A DNA stretch of 32,000 nt from Schaalia meyeri (GCF_900105015.1 NZ_FNLK01000012.1:1-32000); one strand, 5' to 3'; shown: positions 8,630 through 17,288, numbered from the stretch's first letter. Notes: generated by a model from the letters alone, not told the origin. Program-made: numbers and translations.

Positions 8630-9763
8630 TCAGCGGTAGGGGTACAGGGCGGAGCGGCCAGCGGTGAGGATCATCATCTCGTCGGTGCCGCCAGAGATGC
8701 GGTCCACGCGCAGGTCGCGGTAGAAGCGCTGGACGCGGTGGTCGCCGGTGATACCCACGCCGGCCAGGACCTGGAGCGCACGGTCGACGACCTCGAAGGA
8801 GGCCTGGGAACAGTAGTACTTGGCCATCGAACAGTCGCCGCGGGACAGCAGACCGTTGTCGTGCTTCCACGCGATCTCGTAGAGCATGTTGCGCATGTTC
8901 GTCAGGCGGATCTTCATCTCGGCGAACTTGAGCTGGATGAGCTGATGGCGGGCGATGGCCGCTCCGCCCTGAACGCGCTGGTTGGCGTACTTCGCGGCAT
9001 CCTCGAAGGCGCAGTAGGCGGTGCCGTAGTTGGTCAGCGCAACGAGGAAGCGTTCGAGGTCGAAGTCGACCACGCCGCGGCGGAAGCCGTTGCCCTCGGT
9101 ACCAAAGAGGTCCTTCTCCTCCAGTTCGACATTGTCGAAGTAGATGTCGCAGCACGAGTCCATGCGCAGACCGAGCTTGCCCAGGGGTTCCTTCGTGATG
9201 CCCGGCAGGCTCATGTCGACGAACCACTCGGTGTAGGTGTCCATGTTTTCCGAGTCCCGGGCCATGACCACCAAGTAGGGCACGTAGAGGGAGGAGGTGA
9301 TGAAGGTCTTGTGGCCGTTGAGGTAGACCTTGCCGTCCTTGCGGGTGTAGGTGGTGCGCATGTCGTCCCACGAGGACCCAGCGGAGGGCTCGGTCATCGC
9401 GTAGTTGAGCATCTGCTTGCCGGTACCGACAAAGGAGAGGATCTTCTCCTTTTGTTCCTCGGTGCCCTCACGCAAAACGGTGTCCCAACACGGCAGCTGA
9501 TACAGGACGTAGGTGGGGCCACCTTCACGCCCGAGGGCCTCGTAGGCGGCGGTTAGGGTCACCCAGTCGGCGCCCAGCCCGTCGTTCTCCTCGGGGAGGA
9601 GGATGCGGTCGAAGCCGAGCTCACAAATGGCCTCGGTCCATTCGATGGGGTACTCGTGCTTCTCATCGCACTCGTGGAAGTAGGTGTCCCAGTTCCGCGA
9701 GCGCATGAGTTCGGTGAAGGCGTCTACCATGAGCTGCTGGTCTTCGTTGAGCGAGAATTCCAT
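8630..9763 (-). CDS. caiA: Acyl-CoA dehydrogenase, CaiA-like (crotonobetainyl-CoA reductase family)
   Basis: 377 aa. [56 protein letters not shown] and [17 protein letters not shown] match strings I recall from E. coli CaiA along the whole length. Confidence 0.87.
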   Translation of the reverse strand: MEFSLNEDQQLMVDAFTELMRSRNWDTYFHECDEKHEYPIEWTEAICELGFDRILLPEENDGLGADWVTLTAAYEALGREGGPTYVLYQLPCWDTVLREGTEEQKEKILSFVGTGKQMLNYAMTEPSAGSSWDDMRTTYTRKDGKVYLNGHKTFITSSLYVPYLVVMARDSENMDTYTEWFVDMSLPGITKEPLGKLGLRMDSCCDIYFDNVELEEKDLFGTEGNGFRRGVVDFDLERFLVALTNYGTAYCAFEDAAKYANQRVQGGAAIARHQLIQLKFAEMKIRLTNMRNMLYEIAWKHDNGLLSRGDCSMAKYYCSQASFEVVDRALQVLAGVGITGDHRVQRFYRDLRVDRISGGTDEMMILTAGRSALYPYR

Positions 9764-9795
9764 GTCGAGTCACTTTCTGTGTGTGAGCGTGTTGC

Positions 9796-10764
9796 TCAGC
9801 GGTGGATCGGGTGTTCGGTGAAAAAGCGCGCGGCCTCGTTGAGGACTTCCATGGTCTGATCGAGCATCTTGGAGTGGTGCAGGAAGCCATGGATGACGCC
9901 CTCGACTTCGTTGTAGAGGTGGGGCACGCGGCACAGATCGAGGATTTCGACCAGGGTGCGCGAATCGTCGCGCAGGGGGTCGAGGCCGGCAGCGACGATG
10001 TAGCAGGGCGGGATGCCCGCGCTCAAGTCGGCGCCAAGGATGTTGAAGTAGGGGTCGTCGGCGTTCGCTGGATCGGCGAAGTACTGGCCCAGATAGTACG
10101 CGTAGTCCTCTTCGGTCAGCCCGTCCCACGTGCCTCCCAGCAGGCGCATGGACATGGAATCCTTCAGCCCGTAGGCGCCGTAGAAGAGGAGCATCGTGCG
10201 CACGGTGGACAGGGATTCCTCGTCGCGCATCATGAGCATCGTCGCTGCCGCCATGTTGGCCCCGGCGGAGTCTCCGGCAAAGGAGATGTCATCGGGGTCG
10301 ACGCCCCATTCCTCGGCGCGGTCACGAATGTGGGCGACGACGTCGCGGCACTCGTGGATCTGCTGGGGGAAGCGCGCATCGGGCGCCAGAGTGTAGTCGA
10401 TGCTGACGACCGCGGCTTCCGTGAGGTGGCACAGGGTGCGTGTGATGCGGTCGTGGGTGTCCACATCGCCGACGACCCATCCGCCTCCGTGCATGAACAC
10501 GATGAGCGGCAACGACCCCTGATCGCTCGGGCGGTAGTGGCGCACCCGCACCTCGCCGTAGCGGGTTGGGACCCGACGGTCGGCGCACATGGCCACTGAG
10601 GGGCCGCCCTCGTTCCAGAAGGCGCGTTCGGCCCGATAGGCCTGGCGCATTTCTTCGAGGCTCTGACCGGTGACGTAGGCGCCGGCGGCGAGTTCGTTCT
10701 GTTTGGCGACGACCTCGCCCATCTGCGTGCTCCACAGGCGAGGCACGGCGTATTTGTGACCCAC
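9796..10764 (-). CDS. Alpha/beta-hydrolase, family IV (HSL-type) carboxylesterase
   Basis: ORF 9796..10860. Oxyanion motif HGGGW, nucleophile elbow GDSAGA, and later DPLRDD and HGF for the Asp/His of the triad. Start placed at GTG 10764, 7 nt after GAAGGAG; ATG 10722 is an alternative. Confidence 0.85.
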   Translation of the reverse strand: MGHKYAVPRLWSTQMGEVVAKQNELAAGAYVTGQSLEEMRQAYRAERAFWNEGGPSVAMCADRRVPTRYGEVRVRHYRPSDQGSLPLIVFMHGGGWVVGDVDTHDRITRTLCHLTEAAVVSIDYTLAPDARFPQQIHECRDVVAHIRDRAEEWGVDPDDISFAGDSAGANMAAATMLMMRDEESLSTVRTMLLFYGAYGLKDSMSMRLLGGTWDGLTEEDYAYYLGQYFADPANADDPYFNILGADLSAGIPPCYIVAAGLDPLRDDSRTLVEILDLCRVPHLYNEVEGVIHGFLHHSKMLDQTMEVLNEAARFFTEHPIHR

Positions 10765-10793
10765 CGTATTTCTCCTTCGCTTGACTGGGATTG

Positions 10794-12116
10794 TCAGTTC
10801 TCGTCGTCCGCCTGCTTCTTCGAGCGAGCACGAACGAGCAGGACCAGAGCGATCGCGCACAGCGCCGCCAGGAGTGCGGAACCAGCCAGGATCAGGAAGA
10901 TCTGATGGAACGCGGTTTCCTTCGCGTCACCTGCGGCATCGCGGATGGAGCCGAACCAGGTGTAGGAGAAGGTGTCGGGAAGGAAGCCGATCACCGACAG
11001 GAGGCCGGAGGCCGTGCCGAAGACCACGGGGGGAATCTTTCCTTCGGTGAGCTGCGAGGACACGATGCCGAAGACACCGTTGGCGAGGAAGGCAAGAACG
11101 ATGACCAGGCTGGCCGCGAGCACGGCATTCGCGCTTGAGGGCAGGACCGCGAAGCAGACAAACACGCAGGACGCCGCGATCGAACCACCCGCGATAACGC
11201 GCGAGGGGGAACCAACCATCTGTGCCACTCCGCCGAAGAACGGGGCGGAGAGCAGCGAGACGCCGTAGGTACGGATGCTTGCAACCATGGTGACGACGAC
11301 GATTGGGAGGACCATGACCTCCTTCATGTAGCCTGTCGTCTGGTTGACGCCGGTGTAGAAGAAATAGACGAAGAAGAGCGTTGCCGCGGCCAGCCAGACG
11401 ACGGGGTTCGACAGGACGGTCCCGAGCTGCTTGATGCTGAAACCGCCCTCGCTGGACTCAAACTCACCCTCGAACTTCGGGATAAAGAAGAAGGAGAGGA
11501 CGGCGAGAAGCATGATGATGCAGCCGAGGATGATCAGCAGGACGCGCATGGGAATGAGGTCACCCTGGGACGCGAGGCGACCAAGCAGCCAGGAGTTGAA
11601 GAAGCCCAGAAGAACGCCGGCGAGGCCGTAGAATGCGTAGGAGATGCCGATGTTTCGCGAGTACGCGCTCTCCTCGGAGATGAGGCGGACCAGCTTGTAG
11701 CGGATTCCCCACCAGATCAGGATCGTGCTGACGCCCATCGCCACGAAAAGGAAACGGATCGTGAGCAGCGAGGGGAACATCGCGTACCAGAAGGTGAGCA
11801 GGGCGGTCAGACCGAAGCCCACCCAGGAGAGGGTGTGAACACGAACCACGTCGGCGACGATGCCCGAGGGCAGGTAGCAGATGAGGGCCGTGGTCGCGTA
11901 CGCGCTCAGGAGGGTTCCGAGTGTCGTCGTGACGTTGTCAGGGGTCGCCCCGCCCGAGGCGATGAGCGCCTTTCCCAGCGCGTCTTCGAAGACGTACTGC
12001 AAGAACGCGGGCATGTAGATGATGGAACTGCCGATGGAGACCAGGATGAGCAGGAAGACGCGATGACCAGTCGTCAAGTCTTGCGCGCGGCGCTCCTGGG
12101 TGAGCATACTCAGCAC
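10794..12116 (-). CDS. Polytopic membrane transporter, MFS-like, first gene of the minus-strand cluster
   Basis: 440 aa, about 12 hydrophobic segments, MFS motif-A-like LPSGIVADVVRVHTL. GTG 12116 lies 8 nt after GAAAGG; ATG 12107 is an alternative. Confidence 0.7.
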   Translation of the reverse strand: MLSMLTQERRAQDLTTGHRVFLLILVSIGSSIIYMPAFLQYVFEDALGKALIASGGATPDNVTTTLGTLLSAYATTALICYLPSGIVADVVRVHTLSWVGFGLTALLTFWYAMFPSLLTIRFLFVAMGVSTILIWWGIRYKLVRLISEESAYSRNIGISYAFYGLAGVLLGFFNSWLLGRLASQGDLIPMRVLLIILGCIIMLLAVLSFFFIPKFEGEFESSEGGFSIKQLGTVLSNPVVWLAAATLFFVYFFYTGVNQTTGYMKEVMVLPIVVVTMVASIRTYGVSLLSAPFFGGVAQMVGSPSRVIAGGSIAASCVFVCFAVLPSSANAVLAASLVIVLAFLANGVFGIVSSQLTEGKIPPVVFGTASGLLSVIGFLPDTFSYTWFGSIRDAAGDAKETAFHQIFLILAGSALLAALCAIALVLLVRARSKKQADDEN

Positions 12117-12686
12117 TGCGGCTGCCTTTCATATGTCGAGGGTCAGGGGAATTGACTTGTTTCAAGTGCCCCGCGACCATCTCGCTCATTCCCATGAAAA
12201 TTCCGAGAAATTCCATGTTCCTGACGATTCTGACCCACCATTGCGGTCAACGTTAACCACGAAACCAGGGCCATCGGAAGCGCGCGGGGCGTTGCAATAT
12301 CAATGCTATCGGGTAGCCCCTATGTTTGTCCTGACCTTGGTCCCACGACTTTCGCCAACCATTTTGGACCCCGCGCGTCCAAAAATCACTTCTACCTGCA
12401 ACGGTGCCAATCGCACCCTAACCATGTTTATTCTGGACGATTTGAGTCCATTTGTCCCCTACGTTTACGACACGCACAAACTATCGAATCGCGCGCTCCA
12501 AACGAGCATAATTATCCGACAAATAAAATGAGGGAACAGGAGCTCCGTTCACGAGGCACCCCCAAGGAAACGAGCCCGGATCGCACGGGAATCATCCCAC
12601 GCGCCGACGCTGCCACCGCTCAGGAATCGCCCTCACAACTGTCGAAACAAGGGACGGGAGGGATGCGAGCATGAAATATTTATGCT
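12117..12686. promoter_or_regulatory. AT-rich 570-bp intergenic region between the divergent cai-like operon and the CPBP gene; presumed promoters/operators
   Basis: Visibly lower G+C than the flanks. Contains a near-palindrome GTCAACGTTAAC (12246-12257), GAAAATTCC/GAAATTCC direct repeats (12196-12214), and the palindrome AGCATgAAATATTTATGCT (12668-12686) abutting ATG 12687. The tracked ORFs here lack RBS and coding bias. Confidence 0.45.
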
Positions 12687-13670
12687 ATGAGCTCGTGGAC
12701 CCCTCCCCCGTGCGCTGACGCCGGGACTCCTCTCGTTCCGCCCCCACAGCAAACGGCGCTGGCGGCGCTGCCCTCGATCGGCCGGATGCCGATTCTCCAG
12801 GGGATCCTCCTATTTGTCGGCCTTTTCGCGGCACACGTGAGCGCCAACCTTGTTAAAGCGCTCCTCGCCGGCCCTCTCGGACCCGCGTTAGCCACCACCA
12901 TCGGGTACGTGCTCGCCAGCGCGATCGCCGTTTGTTTCTACTTTGTCGCCGTACGCCTCGTCGGGGCCAGGCAGGCGAGCGATTTCGAGGGGACGGGGTG
13001 GGTGCGAGAACTTCTCTCAGGCGTGATCTTCGGAGCGCTCCTCATGGGCGTCGTCGTCGCCGTCGCCTGGGCGTTCGGCGCCTACACGGTGACCGGGTTC
13101 AACCCGCATTCGCAGGCCGCACCCGCGGCGGCGATCTTCCTCCTGGCCGGAGTCGGCGAGGAGATCGCGTTCAGGGCGGGGCTCCTGCGCCTCATAGAAC
13201 ACCGCCTTGGAACGTGGTGGGCGCTCGCCATCACGTCGATCCTCTTCGGCGCCGCACACCTGTCCAACCCGGAGGCGAGCCTGTGGGGCGCCACGGCCAT
13301 CACCATCGAAGCCGGAATCCTGCTCGGGGCCTGCTACGTCGTCACTCGACGTCTGTGGCTCGTCATGGGCCTCCACTGGGCATGGAACTTCGTCCAGGGC
13401 GCCGTCTTCTCCTCGGACGTGTCCGGCACGGGGACGGAGAACGAGGGGTTGCTCGCCGCTCGGATCGAGGGCCCGCAGTGGCTGACCGGAGGGAACATGG
13501 GATTCGAAGGATCGGTGGTCACCGTCGTGGTCGGCCTGGCCGTAGGTATCGCCCTGCTCACCGTCGCCCGGCGGCGGGGCCTCGTTATCCCGCCAGGAGC
13601 CTTCCGACGCCCGAAGAACGAGGCCCCACGCGCCTCGGCGGACGAGGCTCCCGGCACACGCCCTGACTAA
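12687..13670 (+). CDS. CPBP-family (CAAX/Abi) intramembrane glutamic endopeptidase
   Basis: 327 aa, multi-TM. Motifs GVGEEIAFRAGLL (EExxxR), LFGAAHL (FxxxH) and GLHWAWNF. Start uncertain: ATG 12687 has no SD, and ATG 12786 is an alternative. Confidence 0.8.
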   Translation: MSSWTPPPCADAGTPLVPPPQQTALAALPSIGRMPILQGILLFVGLFAAHVSANLVKALLAGPLGPALATTIGYVLASAIAVCFYFVAVRLVGARQASDFEGTGWVRELLSGVIFGALLMGVVVAVAWAFGAYTVTGFNPHSQAAPAAAIFLLAGVGEEIAFRAGLLRLIEHRLGTWWALAITSILFGAAHLSNPEASLWGATAITIEAGILLGACYVVTRRLWLVMGLHWAWNFVQGAVFSSDVSGTGTENEGLLAARIEGPQWLTGGNMGFEGSVVTVVVGLAVGIALLTVARRRGLVIPPGAFRRPKNEAPRASADEAPGTRPD

Positions 13671-13795
13671 GAGAGGGGCGCTTCCCCGCCCCGCATGAGA
13701 AGTGCACCGCAGGCCGGGCGGCTCCGGCGAGATCGCGGCCTGTGACGGGGGCGGCACGCCCCGCGGCCCGCCTGGTTCCATCATCCACGTTCCCC

Positions 13796-13826
13796 TTGAC
13801 AGCGACGCTGCGTCACAGTGTTCGAT
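13796..13826 (+). promoter_or_regulatory. Candidate MerR-type promoter: TTGACA, 19-nt spacer containing the dyad GACGCtGCGTC, then TTCGAT
   Basis: TTGACA at 13796-13801. Perfect 5-1-5 palindrome at 13804-13814 inside the spacer. Weak -10 TTCGAT at 13821-13826. ATG 13834 lies 8 nt downstream, so the transcript may be leaderless. Pattern-based only. Confidence 0.3.
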
Positions 13827-13833
13827 GGTGCCT

Positions 13834-14700
13834 ATGAGAGTCAAAGTGATGGCCGACCTGGCGGGGACCACGACGCGGACGGTGCGCTACTACCACCGCC
13901 TGGGGCTGCTGCCCGTGCCCCCGGTCGTCGCGGGGCGCCGCGACTACGGGATTGAGCACCTGGCGCGCCTGCTGCGCATACGGTGGCTGGCCGAGTCCGG
14001 GATCCCCCTGGCGAAGATTGCCCCGATGCTGCCCGACGAGCCCGCCCAGGGGCGCAGCGCCATCGAGGCGGACCTGCTCGCCACGCGGGCGCAGATCGAG
14101 GCGCGCATTGAGGTCCTGCACCACCAGCGGTCCCGCATCGACGAGCTCGTGGCCAGGGTACGCTCCGGCGAGGCGCTCTCGCCCCTGCCCACTGTCCTCG
14201 AGCGCTTCTACGATCGCATCGAGGGCCTCGTCGAGGACCCGGCCACGCTGTCCATCATCCACACGGACCGGTGCACGGTCCTGGCGCTGGCGATGTCGGG
14301 GCTCCTCCCCGCCTCGCTGGGCCCTTACATCGAGGGGCTCAGCGACCAGGACCACCGCGCGGTGGCCCGTATGATCACCGCGTTCGCCAGACTCGACCGC
14401 AGCCGCTACCCCGGCGCCTACGGCGACGAGGAGAGGGAGTGCGTCATCAACGATCTCAAGGAGAGTGCGTGGGCCGTCCTCGAGCGCAACAGGGCCACCG
14501 CCCTCGCGTTGCTGCGCGACCTGCCCAGAGGAGGACCCGGGCACCTGTTGTGGAAACGAGTCGCCCGGCTGTCCAAGATCGGCTACCCCGAGCTCGACCA
14601 GAGGCGCGTCATCGACGACCTGATGCACCTCTTGCGGGCGGACCCGGAGTTCGGGCCCGTGCTCGAAGAAAGAACAGGAAAGGACTGGAACATTGTCTGA
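13834..14700 (+). CDS. MerR-family transcriptional regulator with a long (about 220 aa) uncharacterised C-terminal domain
   Basis: Within ORF 13702..14700. N-terminal HTH MRVKVMADLAGTTTRTVRYYHRLGLLPVP. ATG 13825 is an alternative start. The 3' end overlaps the next gene by 8 nt. Confidence 0.85.
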   Translation: MRVKVMADLAGTTTRTVRYYHRLGLLPVPPVVAGRRDYGIEHLARLLRIRWLAESGIPLAKIAPMLPDEPAQGRSAIEADLLATRAQIEARIEVLHHQRSRIDELVARVRSGEALSPLPTVLERFYDRIEGLVEDPATLSIIHTDRCTVLALAMSGLLPASLGPYIEGLSDQDHRAVARMITAFARLDRSRYPGAYGDEERECVINDLKESAWAVLERNRATALALLRDLPRGGPGHLLWKRVARLSKIGYPELDQRRVIDDLMHLLRADPEFGPVLEERTGKDWNIV

Positions 14701-15607
14701 TCTCATCGAGGCCGAGGGCCTCATCAAGAGTTTTGGGAAGGTCAAGGCCCTGGACGGCCTCGACCTTGGGGTCGTCAAGGGCCAGATCCACGGCTTCCTG
14801 GGCCCCAACGGCGCGGGGAAGTCCACGACGATCCGCGTGCTGCTGGGCATGTACCGCACCGACGGTGGCCGCGCCCACGTCCTGGGAATGGACCCCGCCC
14901 GCAGTGCCTCGGACATCAACCGCCGCCTCGCCTACGTGCCCGGCTCGGTGAGTCTGTGGCCCAGCCTCACGGGCGGGCAGGTACTCGACACCCTGGCGGG
15001 CCTGCGCGGCTCGCGCGACCGCGCCCGCGAGGAGGAGCTCACCGAGCGCTTCGACCTGGACCCCACCAAGAAAGTGCGCGCCTACTCCAAGGGCAACGCG
15101 CAGAAGGTGGCGCTCGTGGCGGCCCTATCGGCCCCCGTCGATCTCCTTATCCTTGACGAGCCGACCTCGGGCCTGGACCCCCTCATGGAACGCGTCTTCA
15201 CCGACGCCATCCGGGAGGCCGCTGACGCAGGGACGACCGTCCTGCTGTCCAGCCACATCCTGGTGGAGGTCCAGGACCTGTGCTCGCACGTGACGATCAT
15301 CAAGGACGGGCGCACCGTGGAGAGCGGCGACTTGTCGCACCTGCGCTCCCTGGCAAAGACCGCCATCCGCATCGGCGTCGGCGAGGGGGACGCGCGGCGC
15401 CCCCGCCTCATCGAGGCCCTGGCCGGGCTCGGCGCCCCCATCCGCCCCACCGGGACCCGCGTGGAAACCCGCGTCCCCTCCTCCCTGGTTCCTGCGGTCC
15501 TGGGCGTGGTCGCGGATCTGGGCGCAGACGACGTCCAGGTGGAGCCCGCCAGCCTAGAGGACTTGTTCATGAGCCACTACTCGGGGGACCAGGGGGCGCG
15601 CTCATGA
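14693..15607 (+). CDS. ABC transporter ATP-binding protein (DrrA/ABC-2 type)
   Basis: 304 aa, TTG start after GAAAGGA. Walker A GPNGAGKST, degenerate signature YSKGNAQK, Walker B LLILDEPTSGLD, H-loop LLSSH. Confidence 0.9.
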   Translation: MSDLIEAEGLIKSFGKVKALDGLDLGVVKGQIHGFLGPNGAGKSTTIRVLLGMYRTDGGRAHVLGMDPARSASDINRRLAYVPGSVSLWPSLTGGQVLDTLAGLRGSRDRAREEELTERFDLDPTKKVRAYSKGNAQKVALVAALSAPVDLLILDEPTSGLDPLMERVFTDAIREAADAGTTVLLSSHILVEVQDLCSHVTIIKDGRTVESGDLSHLRSLAKTAIRIGVGEGDARRPRLIEALAGLGAPIRPTGTRVETRVPSSLVPAVLGVVADLGADDVQVEPASLEDLFMSHYSGDQGARS

Positions 15608-17205
15608 GCGCGTTCACGGGAATGTGGCGGTGCCTGGGGCTGGCGACGCGCCGCTACAGGTGGCAGGCGCTCGCGTGGATGGTGCCGCTGTGGCTGTTCC
15701 TCCTGGTCAATCCGATCGCCCTGCAGCGCACCTACCCCTCCTTCGAGGAGCGCACCGCGATCCTGTCCCAGATGGGCGACGCGCCGGGCGTGCGCCTGCT
15801 CTTCGGCCCGGCACCCGCCACCGGCAGCGTGGGGGAGTTCGCCAGTTGGGAGGACGGCGGGTACCTGCTGTGGTTCGTCGCGATCATGGCGATCATGCTC
15901 ACGACCGCGATGGCCCGGCGCGACGAGCAGGACGGGCACGTCGAGGTCGTCCTCGGGGCGGGCGCGGGCCGATGGGCCCCCTTCGCCTCGGCGACCGCGT
16001 GGGCGCTGGGCGCCATGGCGCTCACGGGCGCGGGCCTGGCGGCTTCGCTGATCGGCGTGGACGCCGTCGCGGGCGAGACGCCCCTGCGGGGGGCCTTGGT
16101 GTTCGGCGGCGTGGCCATCGCCCAGGGATGGGCTTTCGCGGGCATAGCCCTGGTGGCCTCGCAGTTGGTGCGGGACGTCTCGGCAGCGCGGGGACTGTGT
16201 TTCACGGTCTTCGGGGTGGCCTTCGCCGTCCGCGTCCTGGCCGACGAGACCGGGGCGGCGTGGCTGCGGTGGCTGAGCCCCCTGGCCTGGCGGGATGTCG
16301 CCGAGCCCTTCGGGGCGGAGCGCGTGTGGGCGTTCGCCGTCTTCGCGCTCGTGGTCGCCGCTCTGGTGGTTCTGGCGGCGCTGCTCCACTCCCGCCGGGA
16401 GCTGCTGGGAGCACTGTTGGCCGACCGCTCGGTGTCCACCAGGCGGTGGCGCGTGCGCGGCCCGCTGGTTTTGATCGCGCGCCTGGGCGCACGGCGCCTG
16501 GCGGCCTGGTCCTTCGCCCTGATGCTCACAGGGGCGCTCTTCGGTGCGATGTCGGGCGGGCTGTTAGACCTGATCGACACCAATCCGGCGAGCGCCGCCT
16601 ACATCGAGAAAATTGCCCCCGAGATGCGGCCCGCCGTCCAGTACACCACGTTGCTCGCGGTCGTGATAGTGGCCCTCGTGGCCACTGCGGTCGTCCAGCG
16701 GGTGCTCGACCTGGCCGCGTCGGAGGAGAGGGGGCTGCCCGAGGCGGTGCTGGCCTGCGGCGTCCCGCGCACGCGCGCGCTCATGGCGGCGGTGGCCGAC
16801 GCCATTGGCGCCGGGGTGGTCCTGCTCCTCGTGTCCGGGGCAGCACTGGCGGCCTCCACGGCCACCCAGGTGAGCGAGGACCACGCTCCCGCCCGCGCGC
16901 TGGTCTCCACGCTGACCCAGCTGCCGGGGGTCGTGGCGGCGGCGGGAATCGCCGCGTTGCTGGTGGGCGCAGCGCCCCGGTGGCGGTCCCTGGCGTGGGC
17001 ACTCATCGCATGGAGTTCTTTCGCGCGCTTCTTCGGGGGCCTCATCGACATGCCGAAGTGGGCTCAGGACCTGGGCGTCCTGGGGCACGTGGTCGACCCG
17101 TGGGGGACGACGCGCTGGGTGCCGCTGGCGGTCCAACTGGTGGTGGGGCTCGCCTGCTGCGGCGCCGGGCTGGCCGTCTACCGGAGGAGGGACATTCCCG
17201 CCTGA
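15604..17205 (+). CDS. Large ABC exporter permease (533 aa, polytopic; resembles the roughly 530-aa 'exporter of polyketide antibiotics' permease class)
   Basis: In-frame part of ORF 15280..17205. The ATG at 15604 overlaps the ATPase stop as ATGA. Hydrophobic throughout. The upstream 108 codons of the tracked ORF overlap the ATPase and are rejected. Confidence 0.8.
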   Translation: MSAFTGMWRCLGLATRRYRWQALAWMVPLWLFLLVNPIALQRTYPSFEERTAILSQMGDAPGVRLLFGPAPATGSVGEFASWEDGGYLLWFVAIMAIMLTTAMARRDEQDGHVEVVLGAGAGRWAPFASATAWALGAMALTGAGLAASLIGVDAVAGETPLRGALVFGGVAIAQGWAFAGIALVASQLVRDVSAARGLCFTVFGVAFAVRVLADETGAAWLRWLSPLAWRDVAEPFGAERVWAFAVFALVVAALVVLAALLHSRRELLGALLADRSVSTRRWRVRGPLVLIARLGARRLAAWSFALMLTGALFGAMSGGLLDLIDTNPASAAYIEKIAPEMRPAVQYTTLLAVVIVALVATAVVQRVLDLAASEERGLPEAVLACGVPRTRALMAAVADAIGAGVVLLLVSGAALAASTATQVSEDHAPARALVSTLTQLPGVVAAAGIAALLVGAAPRWRSLAWALIAWSSFARFFGGLIDMPKWAQDLGVLGHVVDPWGTTRWVPLAVQLVVGLACCGAGLAVYRRRDIPA

Positions 17206-17258
17206 GCTGCTCGGGGTCCCCCGGCAACCGCCCCGCCCCCACCGGTCCCGCACCAGCC

Positions 17259-17288
17259 TTGCATTTTCGCCGCCAATGGTTTTAGTAT
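17259..17288 (+). promoter_or_regulatory. Candidate promoter of the EEP gene: TTGCAT, 18 nt, TAGTAT
   Basis: TTGCAT at 17259-17264 and TAGTAT at 17283-17288, about 38 nt upstream of ATG 17326. AAGGAA RBS at 17314-17319. Confidence 0.35.

Noticed and set aside
12528-12674. 48-codon plus-strand sORF (MREQELRSRG...) upstream of the CPBP gene as a possible bacteriocin precursor
   Set aside because: It has no SD sequence. The product is hydrophilic and Arg/Ser/Thr-rich, with no leader or double-Gly motif and no Cys or hydrophobic core. It shows no coding bias.
12100-12674. 143-aa and 123-aa ORFs in the AT-rich intergenic region
   Set aside because: They have no RBS and atypical composition and codon bias for this genome, and they overlap each other. 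The region is treated as non-coding or regulatory.
13017-14919. 284-aa and 368-aa minus-strand ORFs
   Set aside because: They lie antisense to the CPBP, MerR and ABC ATPase genes, all of which have diagnostic motifs on the plus strand.
15624-17285. 553-aa alternative-frame plus ORF and minus-strand ORFs over the permease gene
   Set aside because: The products are Arg/Gly/Pro-rich with no TM pattern. The frame starting at ATG 15604 gives a coherent polytopic membrane protein coupled to the ATPase by an ATGA overlap.
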